The notes under the pieces are model-generated. The model worked only from the letters and a program-made list of their open reading frames with translations. It did no database searches and had not been told where the DNA came from. The position numbers and the translations under genes were made by a program. Source: a virus (taxonomy: Duplodnaviria; Heunggongvirae; Uroviricota; Caudoviricetes). Taken from it: a DNA stretch of 64,000 bases. Shown here piece by piece: positions 28,288 to 38,000 of the stretch (positions within the stretch are counted from its first letter, which is position 1; each line of letters begins with the position of its first letter). The stretch is from the IMG/VR virus record IMGVR_UViG_3300027759_003944; one strand, written 5' to 3'.

Positions 28288-30708
28288 ATGACGCCAGAAG
28301 AAAATCTCGCCAGGATCACAGAAGAAGTAAATGAACAGATGCGCAAGTTTGGGTATATCCTGCCCGAAACCAATCAACGACTGTTGGAAGCACAAACTGG
28401 CATACAAAACTTTGGATTCAAAGTTCAAATTGCCACAGGTATCATGGGCAATCTGGCCGAAGCAGTGGGCGACTATACTCGTGCCATGTACCGTGGCGAA
28501 CAAGGTGCCGCAGTATTCAATCAATCTATTAACAAAATGGTTGACGCAGCACAGATGGCAGCAGTTGGACTGAGTTTGCTGGTGCCGGGCGGTGCAATAG
28601 TAAAAGGTGTTGTTGCTGGATTAACTTTTTTAACCACACAATTTTTAAAACAAGGCGCTGAACTAGTAACCACAGCCAACGAGCAAAGTGATGCTTTATA
28701 CAGTGCTTTTAGCCAACTGGCCGAAGTTGGTGCTGTGGGCGCCGATGGCATTGAAGGGGTGGCAGAGGATGTACAAAAACTAGGCTTGAATGTCAACAAA
28801 TTAGATCAATTTCTTTCAGTCTTAAATCGAAACACCGAAACTCTAGCCAGCCTGGGCGGCACAGTGCTGCAGGGAAGAAAACAATTTGCTGGATTAACTG
28901 CGTCATTGAGAGAGAACGACGAATCATTACGAAAACTAGGACTGGACCAAGATGCGCAAGCCGAAGCAGCATTGGGTTATGCTAAAATTCAAAGTCGACT
29001 GGCACTGGGTGCAACCAAAGATTATGCCTCAATGGGTCAGTCAGCCTACAAGTATATTCAAGAACAAGATGCATTGACCAAGGTCACTGGTATCAGTCGC
29101 AAGCAGCAAGAAGATGCGTTGGAAGAAGCCATGCGCAATCAACGCTTTGCAGCCACTATAGATCAGTTGATTGCTGAAGGCAAAACTGAAGAAGCCAAAC
29201 AGTTGCAAACAGGATTCATGGTGGCCAGAGCAGCCGGCAAAGACATGGCTGCTGCTTACGCAGACATGACTTCAGGCATGGTCAACACAGATGCAGCACA
29301 AAAAGGGTTAATCGGCAGTCAAGGAGAAATGCTCCGGCAAATCAACAATATCAAGTCTGGCATGTACAAAGGCTCAGAAGAAATGCTTGACGCAGGCATG
29401 CAAGAAATGCTGAAAAAGACCGGCGAGTTTGGTGTGAAAATGCGACCTGCTGCACAGGCCGGTGTTCTTGAAGATTTTTCAGTACAGTATACCACTTCAA
29501 TGAATGCCCAAACAATGGCCACTCAAAATTTTGCTACAACAATGGCAGAAGCTCGAAAACAACAACAGGGACAAATCAATCAGACTGGAACCATACTGGA
29601 CGATCAAGCCAAGATGCGCAAATTACAAAATGACACCATGTTGGAGTTGCAGAAATGGGTAAACACCGGTCTACCACAGGCCACTGCTGAGATGTTGCAA
29701 AAAGTGCAGGCCGCGTTTGGTGACATGATCAAAAAAGTAGGCCAAGATTTCAACAGAGCCGCTGGGCTAGGTGGCAATCCAGCACCAGTAACTCCCATAC
29801 CATTGCCACCTTATGCCAGTGACGCACAGCGCCAGGCTGAAGCGGACCGTGTTCGACGAGCCAACGAACAACAGCAACAGCAGCAACGACAGCAAAATCA
29901 AAATCAAAATCAGCCACCACCTGCGCAGAATCAAACCCCACCTGCGCAGAATCAAACCCCACCTGCACAGAATCAGCAACAGAATCAGCCCCAGAATCAG
30001 CAACAGAATCAACCACCTCGTGGAAGAAACGCCCCTCCGTTGATTCCGCCTCCGAATACCAGAGCACATGGCACCTCAGGAGAAGTTGGATCGCTGTTTG
30101 AGCCCAAAGACATTATTGCACAGTTGCACAAGGGCGAGCGTGTGCTCAACAAAGATGAAAACACTGACTTGTCCAAGTTGTTCAACATGGTCAGCGGTGA
30201 AAAGTTTCAGAAAAAAATGATGGATACGCAAGGGCAAATGCTCAAAGTAATTGACAGTATTACGTCGGGTATGCAAGTCAAATCTAAGTCGGGTGTTGGC
30301 AACGACTTCAAATCTGCTTATGCAGACATATCGTCAGGCATGATGAACACTGGTCCAGGGCAAAAAGCATTGATCGACAGCCAAGGAGAATTACTCAAGC
30401 AGATTGACAGTATCAAAAACGGTGCCATGCCTGCATTGGCAACCAGTCAATCAGCATTGTTGGGTGACATGCCCAAACTAGAAATTGACAAAGAAGCGAT
30501 GGCACAAATTGGGCAAACATTCAATGAAGGCATGGGAGAAGAATTCAAGTCAGCAGTGGACAACATCAGTCAACTGGCGGCCCAACTGAAAAATCAAAGC
30601 GGTGCGGCACTGCAACAACAAATGGTTGGATTGCTGGAAGACATGCGCCGTAGCATGCAGTCCACAGCCACAGCCAGTGAGCGATTAGCACAGGTCGCCA
30701 GCAACTAA
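28288..30708 (+). CDS. Tape-measure-like protein
   Basis: 806 aa from MTPEENLA. Helical, Ala/Gln/Met-rich, with a hydrophobic Gly-rich segment (AVGLSLLVPGGAIVKGVVAGL) and RAHGTSGEVGSLFEPKDIIAQLHKGERVLNK. Divergent from the gp26-like chaperone. Confidence 0.65.
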   Translation: MTPEENLARITEEVNEQMRKFGYILPETNQRLLEAQTGIQNFGFKVQIATGIMGNLAEAVGDYTRAMYRGEQGAAVFNQSINKMVDAAQMAAVGLSLLVPGGAIVKGVVAGLTFLTTQFLKQGAELVTTANEQSDALYSAFSQLAEVGAVGADGIEGVAEDVQKLGLNVNKLDQFLSVLNRNTETLASLGGTVLQGRKQFAGLTASLRENDESLRKLGLDQDAQAEAALGYAKIQSRLALGATKDYASMGQSAYKYIQEQDALTKVTGISRKQQEDALEEAMRNQRFAATIDQLIAEGKTEEAKQLQTGFMVARAAGKDMAAAYADMTSGMVNTDAAQKGLIGSQGEMLRQINNIKSGMYKGSEEMLDAGMQEMLKKTGEFGVKMRPAAQAGVLEDFSVQYTTSMNAQTMATQNFATTMAEARKQQQGQINQTGTILDDQAKMRKLQNDTMLELQKWVNTGLPQATAEMLQKVQAAFGDMIKKVGQDFNRAAGLGGNPAPVTPIPLPPYASDAQRQAEADRVRRANEQQQQQQRQQNQNQNQPPPAQNQTPPAQNQTPPAQNQQQNQPQNQQQNQPPRGRNAPPLIPPPNTRAHGTSGEVGSLFEPKDIIAQLHKGERVLNKDENTDLSKLFNMVSGEKFQKKMMDTQGQMLKVIDSITSGMQVKSKSGVGNDFKSAYADISSGMMNTGPGQKALIDSQGELLKQIDSIKNGAMPALATSQSALLGDMPKLEIDKEAMAQIGQTFNEGMGEEFKSAVDNISQLAAQLKNQSGAALQQQMVGLLEDMRRSMQSTATASERLAQVASN
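29869..30015 (+). repeat. In-frame tandem repeats encoding a Q/N/P linker
   Basis: 21-nt unit CCACCTGCGCAGAATCAAACC at 29917 and 29938 with a partial copy at 29959 (PPAQNQT), then a 24-nt unit CAGAATCAGCAACAGAATCA.. at 29968 and 29992. Confidence 0.9.
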
Positions 30709-30724
30709 CAATAAATAATACACT

Positions 30725-32515
30725 ATGGCAGAACCCAAACAACCCGGCTGGCGCAAGTATTTCAAGGTAGCAGACACCGCAGGTGTGATGAGTCCAATTT
30801 CGGGCAGGAATCAATATGGACTTCCTGGATATACCAAAAATGATGGCTCAGACACAGGCATGCCTGCAGACTTTATATTCCGCAACTATGCGTCAAGACT
30901 GCCAGAAGTTTATTCTGGGCATCCCAATCGTATTGAACGTTACAATCAATATGAGAACATGGACATGGACTCGGAGATCAATGCATGCTTGGATATCATT
31001 GCTGAGTTCTCCACACAAATGAACCAACAAAACGGCACACCGTTTGAAGTTGATTATCGCGACAAGCCCACAGACAACGAAGTATCAATCATCAAGAAAC
31101 AACTGCAACAGTGGATCAAGCTCAACAAGTTAGATCAGCGCATATTCAAACTGTTCCGTAATACCATCAAGTATGGCGATCAATTGTTTGTGCGTGATCC
31201 AGAAACATTTGAAATGATGTGGGTGGACATGAGCAAGGTTGCTAGAGTGATTGTAAACGAATCAGAAGGCAAGCGTCCCGAGCAGTATGTGATCCGTGAC
31301 ATCAATCCCAACTTTCAAAACATGACTGTGGCAGCCAAAACCACCACAGACTACATGACCAACCCTGTTACAGGCAGCATAAGTGGCAACGCCAACTACA
31401 CCATGCCCAATGGCGGCACTGGAGGCGGTGTGGGCAACTCAAGATTTATGACCGCCATGAACGAAGTTTGCTTGGATGCCAAGCACGTGGTACACATTAG
31501 TTTGAACGAAGGCTTAGACGTTTTTTGGCCATTTGGACGTAGCATACTAGAGCAGATTTACAAAGTATTCAAGCAGAAAGAACTGCTGGAAGATGCTGTG
31601 TTAATCTATCGTGTGAGCCGTGCTCCAGAACGACGAATCTTCAAAATTGACGTGGGCAACATGCCATCACACTTGGCCATGGCCTTTGTGGAACGTGTAA
31701 AAAACGAAATGCATCAGCGCAGAATCCCCACCATGACCGGCGGCGGCAACAACATGATGGATGCATCATACAACCCACTTTCAATCAACGAAGACTACTT
31801 TTTTCCTCAGGGTGCAGACGGTCGTGGCAGCAGTGTAGACACTCTGCAAGGCGGACAAAATCTAGGCGAAATTGATGACTTGAAATACTTCAACAACAAA
31901 ATGGCTCGTGGTTTACGTGTGCCGTCAAGTTATTTGCCCACTGGCCCTGACGACTCTGACCGTGCCATGACCGACGGCAAAGTGGGTACAGCACTGATTC
32001 AAGAGTACAGATTCAACCAGTATTGCGAACGTTTGCAAGCGTTAATTGTGCAAAAATTAGACGACGAATTCAAGATGTTTATGAAATGGCGTGGGTTTAA
32101 CATAGACTCTAGCCTGTTTACTTTGAAGTTTAATGCACCTCAAAACTTTGCCAGCTACCGTCAAAGCGAACTGGATACCACACGTATTGGTGCATTTACA
32201 CAGTTGGAACAATTGCCATACATGAGCAAACGATTCTTGTTGCAACGTTATTTGGGCCTGACCGAAGAAGAAATTGCAGAAAACGAAGAAATGTGGCGCG
32301 AAGAACGTGACGAGCCTGAACTGGAAACCAACGCAGGTCAAGACATGCGCTCAATTGGTATTACCCCAGGTGCACTAGAAGCCGACATTGAAACTGGCGA
32401 AGAAGTTGCTGGTATGGCTGCTAATGGTGCAGGTGCCCCTGCTGGCGCTGGACCTGTGCCTGTGGTACCAGGAGGTGCTCCTGGTGGTGCTGCCCCTGCG
32501 CCAGGTGCAGTATAA
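30725..32515 (+). CDS. gp20: Portal protein
   Basis: YENMDMDSEINACLDII, LLEDAVLIYRVSRAPERRIFKIDVGNMP, EDYFFP and GSSVDTLQGGQNLGEIDDLKYF are gp20 motifs. TAAATA at 30712-30717. Confidence 0.96.
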   Translation: MAEPKQPGWRKYFKVADTAGVMSPISGRNQYGLPGYTKNDGSDTGMPADFIFRNYASRLPEVYSGHPNRIERYNQYENMDMDSEINACLDIIAEFSTQMNQQNGTPFEVDYRDKPTDNEVSIIKKQLQQWIKLNKLDQRIFKLFRNTIKYGDQLFVRDPETFEMMWVDMSKVARVIVNESEGKRPEQYVIRDINPNFQNMTVAAKTTTDYMTNPVTGSISGNANYTMPNGGTGGGVGNSRFMTAMNEVCLDAKHVVHISLNEGLDVFWPFGRSILEQIYKVFKQKELLEDAVLIYRVSRAPERRIFKIDVGNMPSHLAMAFVERVKNEMHQRRIPTMTGGGNNMMDASYNPLSINEDYFFPQGADGRGSSVDTLQGGQNLGEIDDLKYFNNKMARGLRVPSSYLPTGPDDSDRAMTDGKVGTALIQEYRFNQYCERLQALIVQKLDDEFKMFMKWRGFNIDSSLFTLKFNAPQNFASYRQSELDTTRIGAFTQLEQLPYMSKRFLLQRYLGLTEEEIAENEEMWREERDEPELETNAGQDMRSIGITPGALEADIETGEEVAGMAANGAGAPAGAGPVPVVPGGAPGGAAPAPGAV

Positions 32516-32518
32516 ATA
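32511..32518 (+). promoter_or_regulatory. T4-type late promoter
   Basis: TATAAATA overlapping the portal stop codon, 5 nt before the next ATG. Confidence 0.7.
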
Positions 32519-32523
32519 ACAAC

Positions 32524-32745
32524 ATGCTGTTAAACGAATTCTTCCACAAAGACCCTGAAGCGTTTCAAGACTTGTCGCAAGACAACAGTCAGCCGCAACA
32601 GGGTGATTTGCGCAAGAGTCGTCTCACATTACGTCAACTCAACAAATTGAGAAAAATGAATGATGTGAGAACTTATGAGTTTAAAGAAAAACTCAAACTG
32701 GTGCGCAAACAGTACGCACCTCCCCCTGCCCCACCGGCAATGTAA
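32524..32745 (+). CDS. Small head-module protein (hypothetical)
   Basis: 73 aa with its own late promoter. Basic helix RKSRLTLRQLNKLRKM and a Pro-rich tail. Confidence 0.7.
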   Translation: MLLNEFFHKDPEAFQDLSQDNSQPQQGDLRKSRLTLRQLNKLRKMNDVRTYEFKEKLKLVRKQYAPPPAPPAM

Positions 32746-32854
32746 AACTTTGTGACAGCAATTTTACATTTATACGCCTTTTCTACCCCTTAAACCTGGT
32801 GTTTTTCTCCTCGTGCGTAAATAACAGCACACTTTACCTATAGGAGTTTCCCAT

Positions 32855-33685
32855 ATGAACCGTTTTGAACAATTGATTGAATATGTAATCAATGACGAAG
32901 AGGCGAAAGCCCGCGAATTATTCCACGACATTGTTGTGGAAAAAAGCCGTCAGATCTATGAAAATATCATGGCTGAAGAAGCCGATGAAGAACTAGAAGA
33001 AGGCGCTGACGAAGACATTGAAGAAGGCATGATGGGCGGTGACGCTCAAAACGATCTGATCGATGACGTGGAAATGGAAGAAGAATCTGACATGAACATG
33101 GAAGCTGAAGGCGACGAAGAAGAATTTAGCGTGTCTGCTGACGACGATGGCGAAGAAGCAGAATTTAGTATAGGTGACGAAGAAGGCGGCAGTGATGAGC
33201 CTGCAACCAAAGACGACATCTTGAATTTAGAAGACAAACTGGACCAGTTGATGGCCGAGTTTGAAGACCTCATGGGCGGTGACGACCTAGGCGACGGTGA
33301 CGGATTTGGTCCTGACGAAGGCGGTGACGCTATTGAAATGGACGACACTGACGAAATGGAACCAGGCATGATGGAAGCTGTGAGTCTCAAAGCAGCCCCA
33401 AAGCCAGTTACCAGTGAAGAAGGCGGCGTATTCAAGAAGTCTACCTATGCAGCCAACAGCGGACAAGCAGGCATGGCCAGCCGTCCAGTACACACTGGTG
33501 CAAACAATGGTGGAAATTATGACGAAAACGGTATCAGAAATGCTACCAAAGAGTTGATCGGCAAAGTTGGTAACACACCTGCACAAGGAACACAAAATCT
33601 TTCAGCAGCACCAAAGCCTAAAATGGGCGCCAACAGTGAAGGTCAAAACAATACCAGCCCACTACCACGCGGTCGTAAGGGTTAA
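32855..33685 (+). CDS. Acidic prohead core/internal scaffold protein (gp67/gp68 position)
   Basis: Extremely Asp/Glu-rich, located between portal and protease. SD GGAG; TAAATA at 32818-32823. Confidence 0.65.
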   Translation: MNRFEQLIEYVINDEEAKARELFHDIVVEKSRQIYENIMAEEADEELEEGADEDIEEGMMGGDAQNDLIDDVEMEEESDMNMEAEGDEEEFSVSADDDGEEAEFSIGDEEGGSDEPATKDDILNLEDKLDQLMAEFEDLMGGDDLGDGDGFGPDEGGDAIEMDDTDEMEPGMMEAVSLKAAPKPVTSEEGGVFKKSTYAANSGQAGMASRPVHTGANNGGNYDENGIRNATKELIGKVGNTPAQGTQNLSAAPKPKMGANSEGQNNTSPLPRGRKG

Positions 33686-33689
33686 TTAG

Positions 33690-34328
33690 ATGTCATCTAG
33701 ATACCTAAGAGAAGATCTTACTTTTAGCCAGGCCAATATCCAAGTCTTGGAAGAGGCTGATATGCATGGCAAAAAGAATCTCTACCTCAAAGGCATTTGC
33801 ATTGAAGGCGACAAGCGCAATGCAAATGAGCGCATCTACCCACGACACGAAATTATCAAGGCAGTAGAAACCATCAACGAACAGATCCACAACGGCAACT
33901 CCGTTTTAGGTGAAGTGGATCATCCAGATGACTTAAAAATCAACTTAGATCGTGTGTGTCACACAGTTGAAGGCATGTGGATGGACGGGCATGCTGGTTG
34001 CGGTAAGTTGAAGATATTGCCAACTCCCATGGGAGAATTGATTAAAACGCTGATCACGTCAGGTGTGAAACTTGGCGTCAGCAGTCGTGGCAGCGGTAAC
34101 GTGGACGACAGAACAGGACATGTAAGTGACTTTGAAATAGTCACTATAGATGTGGTTGCACAACCCAGCGCACCCAATGCTTATCCAACAGCAATTTATG
34201 AAGGTCTCATGAACATGAAGCACGGTCATAAACTGATGGAGATGGCACGGGAATCTGGCGAAGGCGACAAAGTGCAGAGATACCTAAAGAATGAAGTTAA
34301 AAGACTCATTCAGGATCTCAAAATCTAA
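33690..34328 (+). CDS. gp21: Prohead protease
   Basis: NANERIYP, LGEVDHP (His), GVSSRGSG (Ser) and DVVAQPSAPNA. Confidence 0.95.
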   Translation: MSSRYLREDLTFSQANIQVLEEADMHGKKNLYLKGICIEGDKRNANERIYPRHEIIKAVETINEQIHNGNSVLGEVDHPDDLKINLDRVCHTVEGMWMDGHAGCGKLKILPTPMGELIKTLITSGVKLGVSSRGSGNVDDRTGHVSDFEIVTIDVVAQPSAPNAYPTAIYEGLMNMKHGHKLMEMARESGEGDKVQRYLKNEVKRLIQDLKI

Positions 34329-34340
34329 GGAGAACCAGGC

Positions 34341-35429
34341 ATGTTTGATGCAATTAAACCCTTGCTTGATAGTGGCCTAATTAACGAAGACGTTAGTCAA
34401 GAACTCAACGAAGCTTGGGAATCTAAACTAAACGAAGCCCGTGAACAGGTACGTGGAGAACTCAGAGAAGAGTTTGCACAACGCTATGAGCATGATAAGA
34501 CAGTAATGGTAGAAGCCCTAGACAAGATGGTAACAGAAGGTTTGGCCGCAGAAATTGCGCACGTGGCTGCTGAGAAGCAAGCACTGGCGGAAGATCGCGT
34601 TCGTTTCCAAGGCAAGATGAAAGAATCAGCACAGAAGTTCAACGGCTTCATGGTCTCTAAACTTGCAGAAGAAATTAGCGAATTGCGCAAAGACCGCAAA
34701 ATGCACACCGAAGGAGTTGCAAAACTCGAAAACTTCGTGGTGCAAGCATTGGCACGTGAAATCACAGAATTTGCCAAAGACAAACGCGATGTCGTAGAGA
34801 CAAAGGTACGTCTGGTACGTGAAGCACGTGGCAAACTTGAACAGTTGAAGAGCCGTTTCGTAAAAGAATCTGCTCACAAAATGAGTCAAGCTGTTAGTCG
34901 TCATCTAAAGGCTGAGTTGAATCAGTTACAAGAAGACATCAAAGTTGCTCGTGAGAACAACTTTGGTCGTAGAATTTTCGAAGCGTATGCGTCAGAGTTC
35001 GGAGCCACTCATTTAAATGAGAAGGCAGAAGTCCGTAAACTGTACAACGTTATTGCAGAGAAAGATCAGAAATTGCGTAAAGCAATTGAACTCACCCAAC
35101 ACGCCAAAGTGGTGGTGGAGTCAAAAGAACGTGAACTGCGTATAATCAAAGAATCCAACGAGCGTGAAAGCACAATGGATGAATTGCTACGTCCCTTAAA
35201 CCGGGAAAAGCAAGAAGTTATGCGTAATTTACTCGAAAGCGTTCAAACACCCCGTTTGAAAAATGCTTTTGAAAAGTATCTACCAGCAGTGTTGGAAGAT
35301 AGAACTGCGAAAGCCCGTAAAGTAATTGCAGAATCTGTCACCTCAGTAACTGGTGATAAAACTACTGTTCCCAGTGTGTCGGAAGATCGCAGCAATGTCA
35401 TCGACCTCAAGCGCCTGGCAGGTCTTTAA
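34341..35429 (+). CDS. gp22: Prohead scaffold protein
   Basis: Long Glu/Lys/Ala coiled coil between protease and capsid, with FGRRIFEAYASEF. SD AAGGAG. Confidence 0.85.
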   Translation: MFDAIKPLLDSGLINEDVSQELNEAWESKLNEAREQVRGELREEFAQRYEHDKTVMVEALDKMVTEGLAAEIAHVAAEKQALAEDRVRFQGKMKESAQKFNGFMVSKLAEEISELRKDRKMHTEGVAKLENFVVQALAREITEFAKDKRDVVETKVRLVREARGKLEQLKSRFVKESAHKMSQAVSRHLKAELNQLQEDIKVARENNFGRRIFEAYASEFGATHLNEKAEVRKLYNVIAEKDQKLRKAIELTQHAKVVVESKERELRIIKESNERESTMDELLRPLNREKQEVMRNLLESVQTPRLKNAFEKYLPAVLEDRTAKARKVIAESVTSVTGDKTTVPSVSEDRSNVIDLKRLAGL

Positions 35430-35448
35430 TCTTAACAAGGAGACTTAA

Positions 35449-36645
35449 ATGTCACAAGAACTATTAGAAAGTCGTTGGGGCGAAACCAAAGAGGCACTGT
35501 TAGAAGGTCTTAATGGAACTCGACGCAATAGCATGGGTGTAATCCTCGAGAATACTCGTCGCTATTTGAAAGAGAATGCAACAGCGGGTTCAACTGCTGC
35601 TGGTAACATTGCCACACTTAACCGTGTGATTCTGCCTGTTATCCGTCGTGTTATGCCTACCGTTATTGCTAACGAGTTGGTTGGCGTTCAGCCCATGACT
35701 GGTCCAGTTGGTCAAATCCACACCCTGCGTGTGCGTTATGCCCAGAGTTTGACAGATACTTCCGCAGCCGCTACTTCTGTAACAGCTGGTGAAGAAGCAT
35801 TGAGCCCATTCAAAATTGCTCAAGCATACTCTACTGTGCCACAAGGTACAAGCACTGCTACCAACTACACTGGTAACAACACAGCTACCATGGAAGGTAC
35901 TGGCGGTAAGCAAATTAGCGTTCAGATCCTGAAACAAGCCGTTGAAGCTCGCACACGTAAGTTGCAAGCTCGCTGGACATTTGAATCTGCACAAGACGCA
36001 CAAGCCATGCATGGTATTGACGTTGAAGCAGAAATCATGGCAGCATTGGCTCAAGAGATTACAGCTGAGATTGATCAAGAGATTCTCTTGAGCTTGCGCT
36101 CACTGGCAGCTACTGAGTTCACATACAACCAAGCTACTGTTTCTGGTACAGCAACATTCGTTGGTGACGAACACGCCGCATTGGCTGTGTTGGTTAACCG
36201 TGTTGCCAACTTGATTGCTCAACGCACACGTCGTGGCGCTGGTAACTACGCTGTGGTTTCTTCAGCTGCTTTGACAGTGTTGCAATCTGCAACAACTTCT
36301 GCTTTTGCTCGCACTACAGAAGGTACATTTGAAGCACCTACCAACACCAAGTTTGTTGGTACATTGAACGGATCAATGAGAGTGTTTGTTGACAGCTATG
36401 CTGCTGACACACAATCAGTATTGGTTGGTTACAAAGGTTCTTCAGAAGCTGATGCACCAGCATTCTACTGCCCATACATTCCTTTGATGAGCAGTGGTGT
36501 TGTGCTTGATCCTTCAACATTCGAACCAGTGGTGTCATTCATGACACGTTATGGTTACATCGAATTGACCAACACTGCAAGCTCATTCGGCAATGCCGGT
36601 GACTATGTTGGTGAGATCGCAGTTTCCAACTTGTCATTCTCCTAA
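35449..36645 (+). CDS. gp23: Major capsid protein
   Basis: LPVIRRVMPTVIANELVGVQPMTGPVGQI, VEARTRKLQARW, FYCPYIPL and FMTRYG. Confidence 0.97.
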   Translation: MSQELLESRWGETKEALLEGLNGTRRNSMGVILENTRRYLKENATAGSTAAGNIATLNRVILPVIRRVMPTVIANELVGVQPMTGPVGQIHTLRVRYAQSLTDTSAAATSVTAGEEALSPFKIAQAYSTVPQGTSTATNYTGNNTATMEGTGGKQISVQILKQAVEARTRKLQARWTFESAQDAQAMHGIDVEAEIMAALAQEITAEIDQEILLSLRSLAATEFTYNQATVSGTATFVGDEHAALAVLVNRVANLIAQRTRRGAGNYAVVSSAALTVLQSATTSAFARTTEGTFEAPTNTKFVGTLNGSMRVFVDSYAADTQSVLVGYKGSSEADAPAFYCPYIPLMSSGVVLDPSTFEPVVSFMTRYGYIELTNTASSFGNAGDYVGEIAVSNLSFS

Positions 36646-36676
36646 TCAGAGAATCTTTTCCAGGGATGGGAAGGAC

Positions 36677-36703
36677 AAAAAAAGCCCCGCAAGGGGCTTT
36701 TTT
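36677..36703. terminator. Bidirectional intrinsic terminator
   Basis: A7-GCCCC-GCAA-GGGGC-T6 between the convergent capsid and TPR-glycosyltransferase genes. Confidence 0.92.
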
Positions 36704-36708
36704 GTTGG

Positions 36709-37857
36709 CTATACTTTGAACCAAGTTAGATATTGTGCTATTTTCTTGGTAACACTGGTCCAGTCTCCCATTGAGGGTTGACGAAATATGCGCACAGTGG
36801 GATACCAAGGACTTGAATCACGATCCAACATCCAGCGCCAATCTGTAGCAAACCACTGCAACATCAACCATGTAGGACGACCCAACGCACCTGCTAAGTG
36901 TGTGACAGCAGTGTCTATTGAGATTACAACGTCTAGGCACATGATCAATGCCGCAGTCTCGGCAAAACTAGAGATACTTCCAGGATACATAGTAACACCA
37001 GCAGCCGCCAGGGCCTGTGATTCTTCATCTGTGGCATCTACCTGCAGATTGATCCATTCATATTCTGGGTTGTTTTTGACCAACTCCAGCATGGTTTCAA
37101 ACGGCACGCCTTTGTGTCGGTTGAGCCAGGCATCTCTGCGACCGCTCCAACTGAAGCCCACACGCATACGTGTTTTAGGGCCCATGCGTTGTAACCATTC
37201 TTTGGTTTGTGATTCTTGTGCATTAATATAACTGATAGGGCGCGGAAGGTTATCTATAGTAACTCCCAACACACCTGGTATGCTCATGATAGGAATCCAA
37301 TAATCAAACTCAGGAGTTTCGTCTGTGTACCTTCCAACCCAGTCAATGATGCTGGCATTGGCCAACAGCGGAATCATGCCGTCAGTAACTTGAAACAATA
37401 TCTTTGCTCCAGCAGCATGCAAGTTGAACAAAAATCTACAGAACTGTATGTTATCTCCATGTCCTTGCTCACCTACCACAAGAATAGTTTTGTCTTTTAA
37501 ATCTTGACCTGTCCAGCGAGGTTGAGCATGCTGTGGTAATGAACCTGCTAGGTGTTCATACTGCCACCGTGCCTCGTAGGCAGGCCATCCTCGAGCATAG
37601 TCACCCATGATCAAATGACTCACAGCCAAGTTAAAACGTGCAGTGACATTGTTGGGATCCAATATGGCAGCGTGTTCTAAGAATGGTATGCCCCTGCGTG
37701 GTTGCCCCATTTCTCGCATGACATTGCCGTAGTTGTTGAATGCCGCGGCAGAATCAGGATCTTGACACATGGCCAATGTGTAACATTGTAGTGCCTGTGC
37801 AGGTTGATTGTTGGCACGATATTGATTGCCTTCTTCGATGAGTTGTGATGAGTCCAT
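36709..37857 (-). CDS. TPR-repeat glycosyltransferase (GT9-like C-terminal domain)
   Basis: Start MDSSQLIEEG. About three TPRs (AAAFNNYGNVMRE, ARFNLAVSHL), GWPAYEARW, EQGHGDNIQFCRF and DVVISIDTAVTHLAGALGRPTW. TAAATA at 37867-37862 (-). Confidence 0.88.
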   Translation of the reverse strand: MDSSQLIEEGNQYRANNQPAQALQCYTLAMCQDPDSAAAFNNYGNVMREMGQPRRGIPFLEHAAILDPNNVTARFNLAVSHLIMGDYARGWPAYEARWQYEHLAGSLPQHAQPRWTGQDLKDKTILVVGEQGHGDNIQFCRFLFNLHAAGAKILFQVTDGMIPLLANASIIDWVGRYTDETPEFDYWIPIMSIPGVLGVTIDNLPRPISYINAQESQTKEWLQRMGPKTRMRVGFSWSGRRDAWLNRHKGVPFETMLELVKNNPEYEWINLQVDATDEESQALAAAGVTMYPGSISSFAETAALIMCLDVVISIDTAVTHLAGALGRPTWLMLQWFATDWRWMLDRDSSPWYPTVRIFRQPSMGDWTSVTKKIAQYLTWFKV

Positions 37858-37906
37858 GCAATATTTACAGTATAATACAAGGTGGTTTATTATTTTACTA
37901 CATCCA

Positions 37907-38000
37907 TAAATAAAAGTCAACGCAATACGGCGTTTTATGCGGTTTAACCCTCCGCGTAGCGACTAGAACTCGCATCGGACTTCTTTAAGGAGAAACAAAA
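37907..38000 (+). promoter_or_regulatory. Late promoter followed by a structured 5' leader
   Basis: TAAATA (37907-37912), then hairpins 37919-37923/37930-37934, 37937-37942/37952-37957 and 37959-37962/37970-37973, then SD AAGGAG. Confidence 0.55.

Noticed and set aside
27403-28524. Long overlapping divergent N-termini for the gp26-like gene (to 28524) and the tape-measure-like gene (from 28237)
   Set aside because: Both extensions run across the promoter-containing 28246-28287 gap and into the opposite gene. The starts at 28245 and 28288 fit the motifs.
29869-30015. CRISPR-like or guide array
   Set aside because: The units are directly adjacent with no spacers and lie in frame inside a CDS. 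No repeat-spacer array or tRNA gene was seen anywhere in the window.
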